Part shown: positions 63,383 to 64,000 of the stretch, in pieces | Layout of the letters: each line of letters opens with the position of its first letter | Numbering within the stretch: position 1 is the stretch's first letter | Program-made: the position numbers and the translations under genes | NCBI GenBank assembly: GCA_964016885.1 | Contig: OZ024742.1 | Location: forward strand, 294,624,001-294,688,000 | Reading direction: 5' to 3' | DNA: 64,000 bases | From: Eledone cirrhosa | Taxonomy: Eukaryota | Notes under the pieces: generated by a model | What the model was told of the DNA's origin: nothing | The model's database searches: none | What the model saw: the letters and a program-made list of their open reading frames with translations, nothing else

Positions 63383-64000
63383 TTGTATCATGTGCTACGG
63401 ACGACGCAAGGCCAACATAAGGGCTTTGTCACTCTTCCGAAGAGAGAAAATCTATCTGTATTTGCTGTTCATTTTGTCATTCATCGACAATACTTGGCTG
63501 CGAAGAAACTCAGCAAGCCGCTGAACAAGTCCTTGTAGGTGGCCATTGATGTCATAAATTTTATCAAACGGCATTCCCTCAATGAACGAATTTTCCAGCA
63601 ACTGTGCCAAGATAATGACAAAGAATTCGTCAAGTTGCTCCTTCATACTGAAGTGAGGTGGCTTTCAAAGGGCAAGTGCTTTACTCACTTCTTTGAACTC
63701 TTCGACTCTATCATTGAGTTTCTGTGAGGATGCAACACAGAACTGTATAAAAAACCCTCGATGTGAAGCAAGACTGCGCCTACCTCACCGACATCTTCGA
63801 CAAATGCAATAGCGTCATTTTGGCTTTACAGGGGAAGAAGATCACCTTGCTTAAAGCAAGGAATGCTGTGAAAACATTCCTGGCCAAATTGAATGTCATC
63901 GAAAGGAATCTTTGTTGACGGGAATTCTATAATTTTCCTAATGTTCAAAACATTGTAAGCGATGACCAACTCCAAATTTATATCACTCACCTCTGTGCGC
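63383..64000 (+). pseudogene. hAT (Buster/Charlie, ZBED5/ZBED8/SCAND3-like) transposase remnant, running off the window
   Basis: SCATDD; VHFVIHRQYLAAK; VINFIKRHSLNERIFQQLC; LLLHTEVRWLSKG; AYLTDIFDK..LALQGK; stops and frameshifts. Confidence 0.9.

Overview
AT-rich, microsatellite-dense animal DNA. The repeat landscape ((TA)n everywhere, RTE LINEs with (GAT)n tails, tRNA-derived SINEs) suggests a coleoid cephalopod such as Octopus; that assignment is inference. There is one clear host gene segment: a single large coding exon for a TRIM (RING/B-box/B-box/coiled-coil) E3 ligase on the minus strand (2788-4398). Most of the remaining 60 kb may be upstream intron or intergenic DNA, packed with RTE/CR1 LINE fragments, SINEs, piggyBac- and hAT-type MITEs, a hAT transposase remnant and tandem repeats. 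The main finding is a graded series of elements inserted in or next to (TA)n tracts that share one fold-back architecture: (TA)n - inverted arm - centre - arm - unique tail - (TA)n. The series runs from a young Penelope-like retroelement (stop-free RT + GIY-YIG, perfect 323-bp inverted pseudo-LTRs, each with a minimal hammerhead ribozyme motif) down to 100-450 bp non-coding palindromes. One palindrome encodes a complete hammerhead on both strands (52670-52791). Another family of four copies is folded back exactly at the hammerhead stem II loop. Ribozyme activity and mobility are inferred from motifs only. Repeat boundaries are approximate unless a TSD or TIR is quoted.
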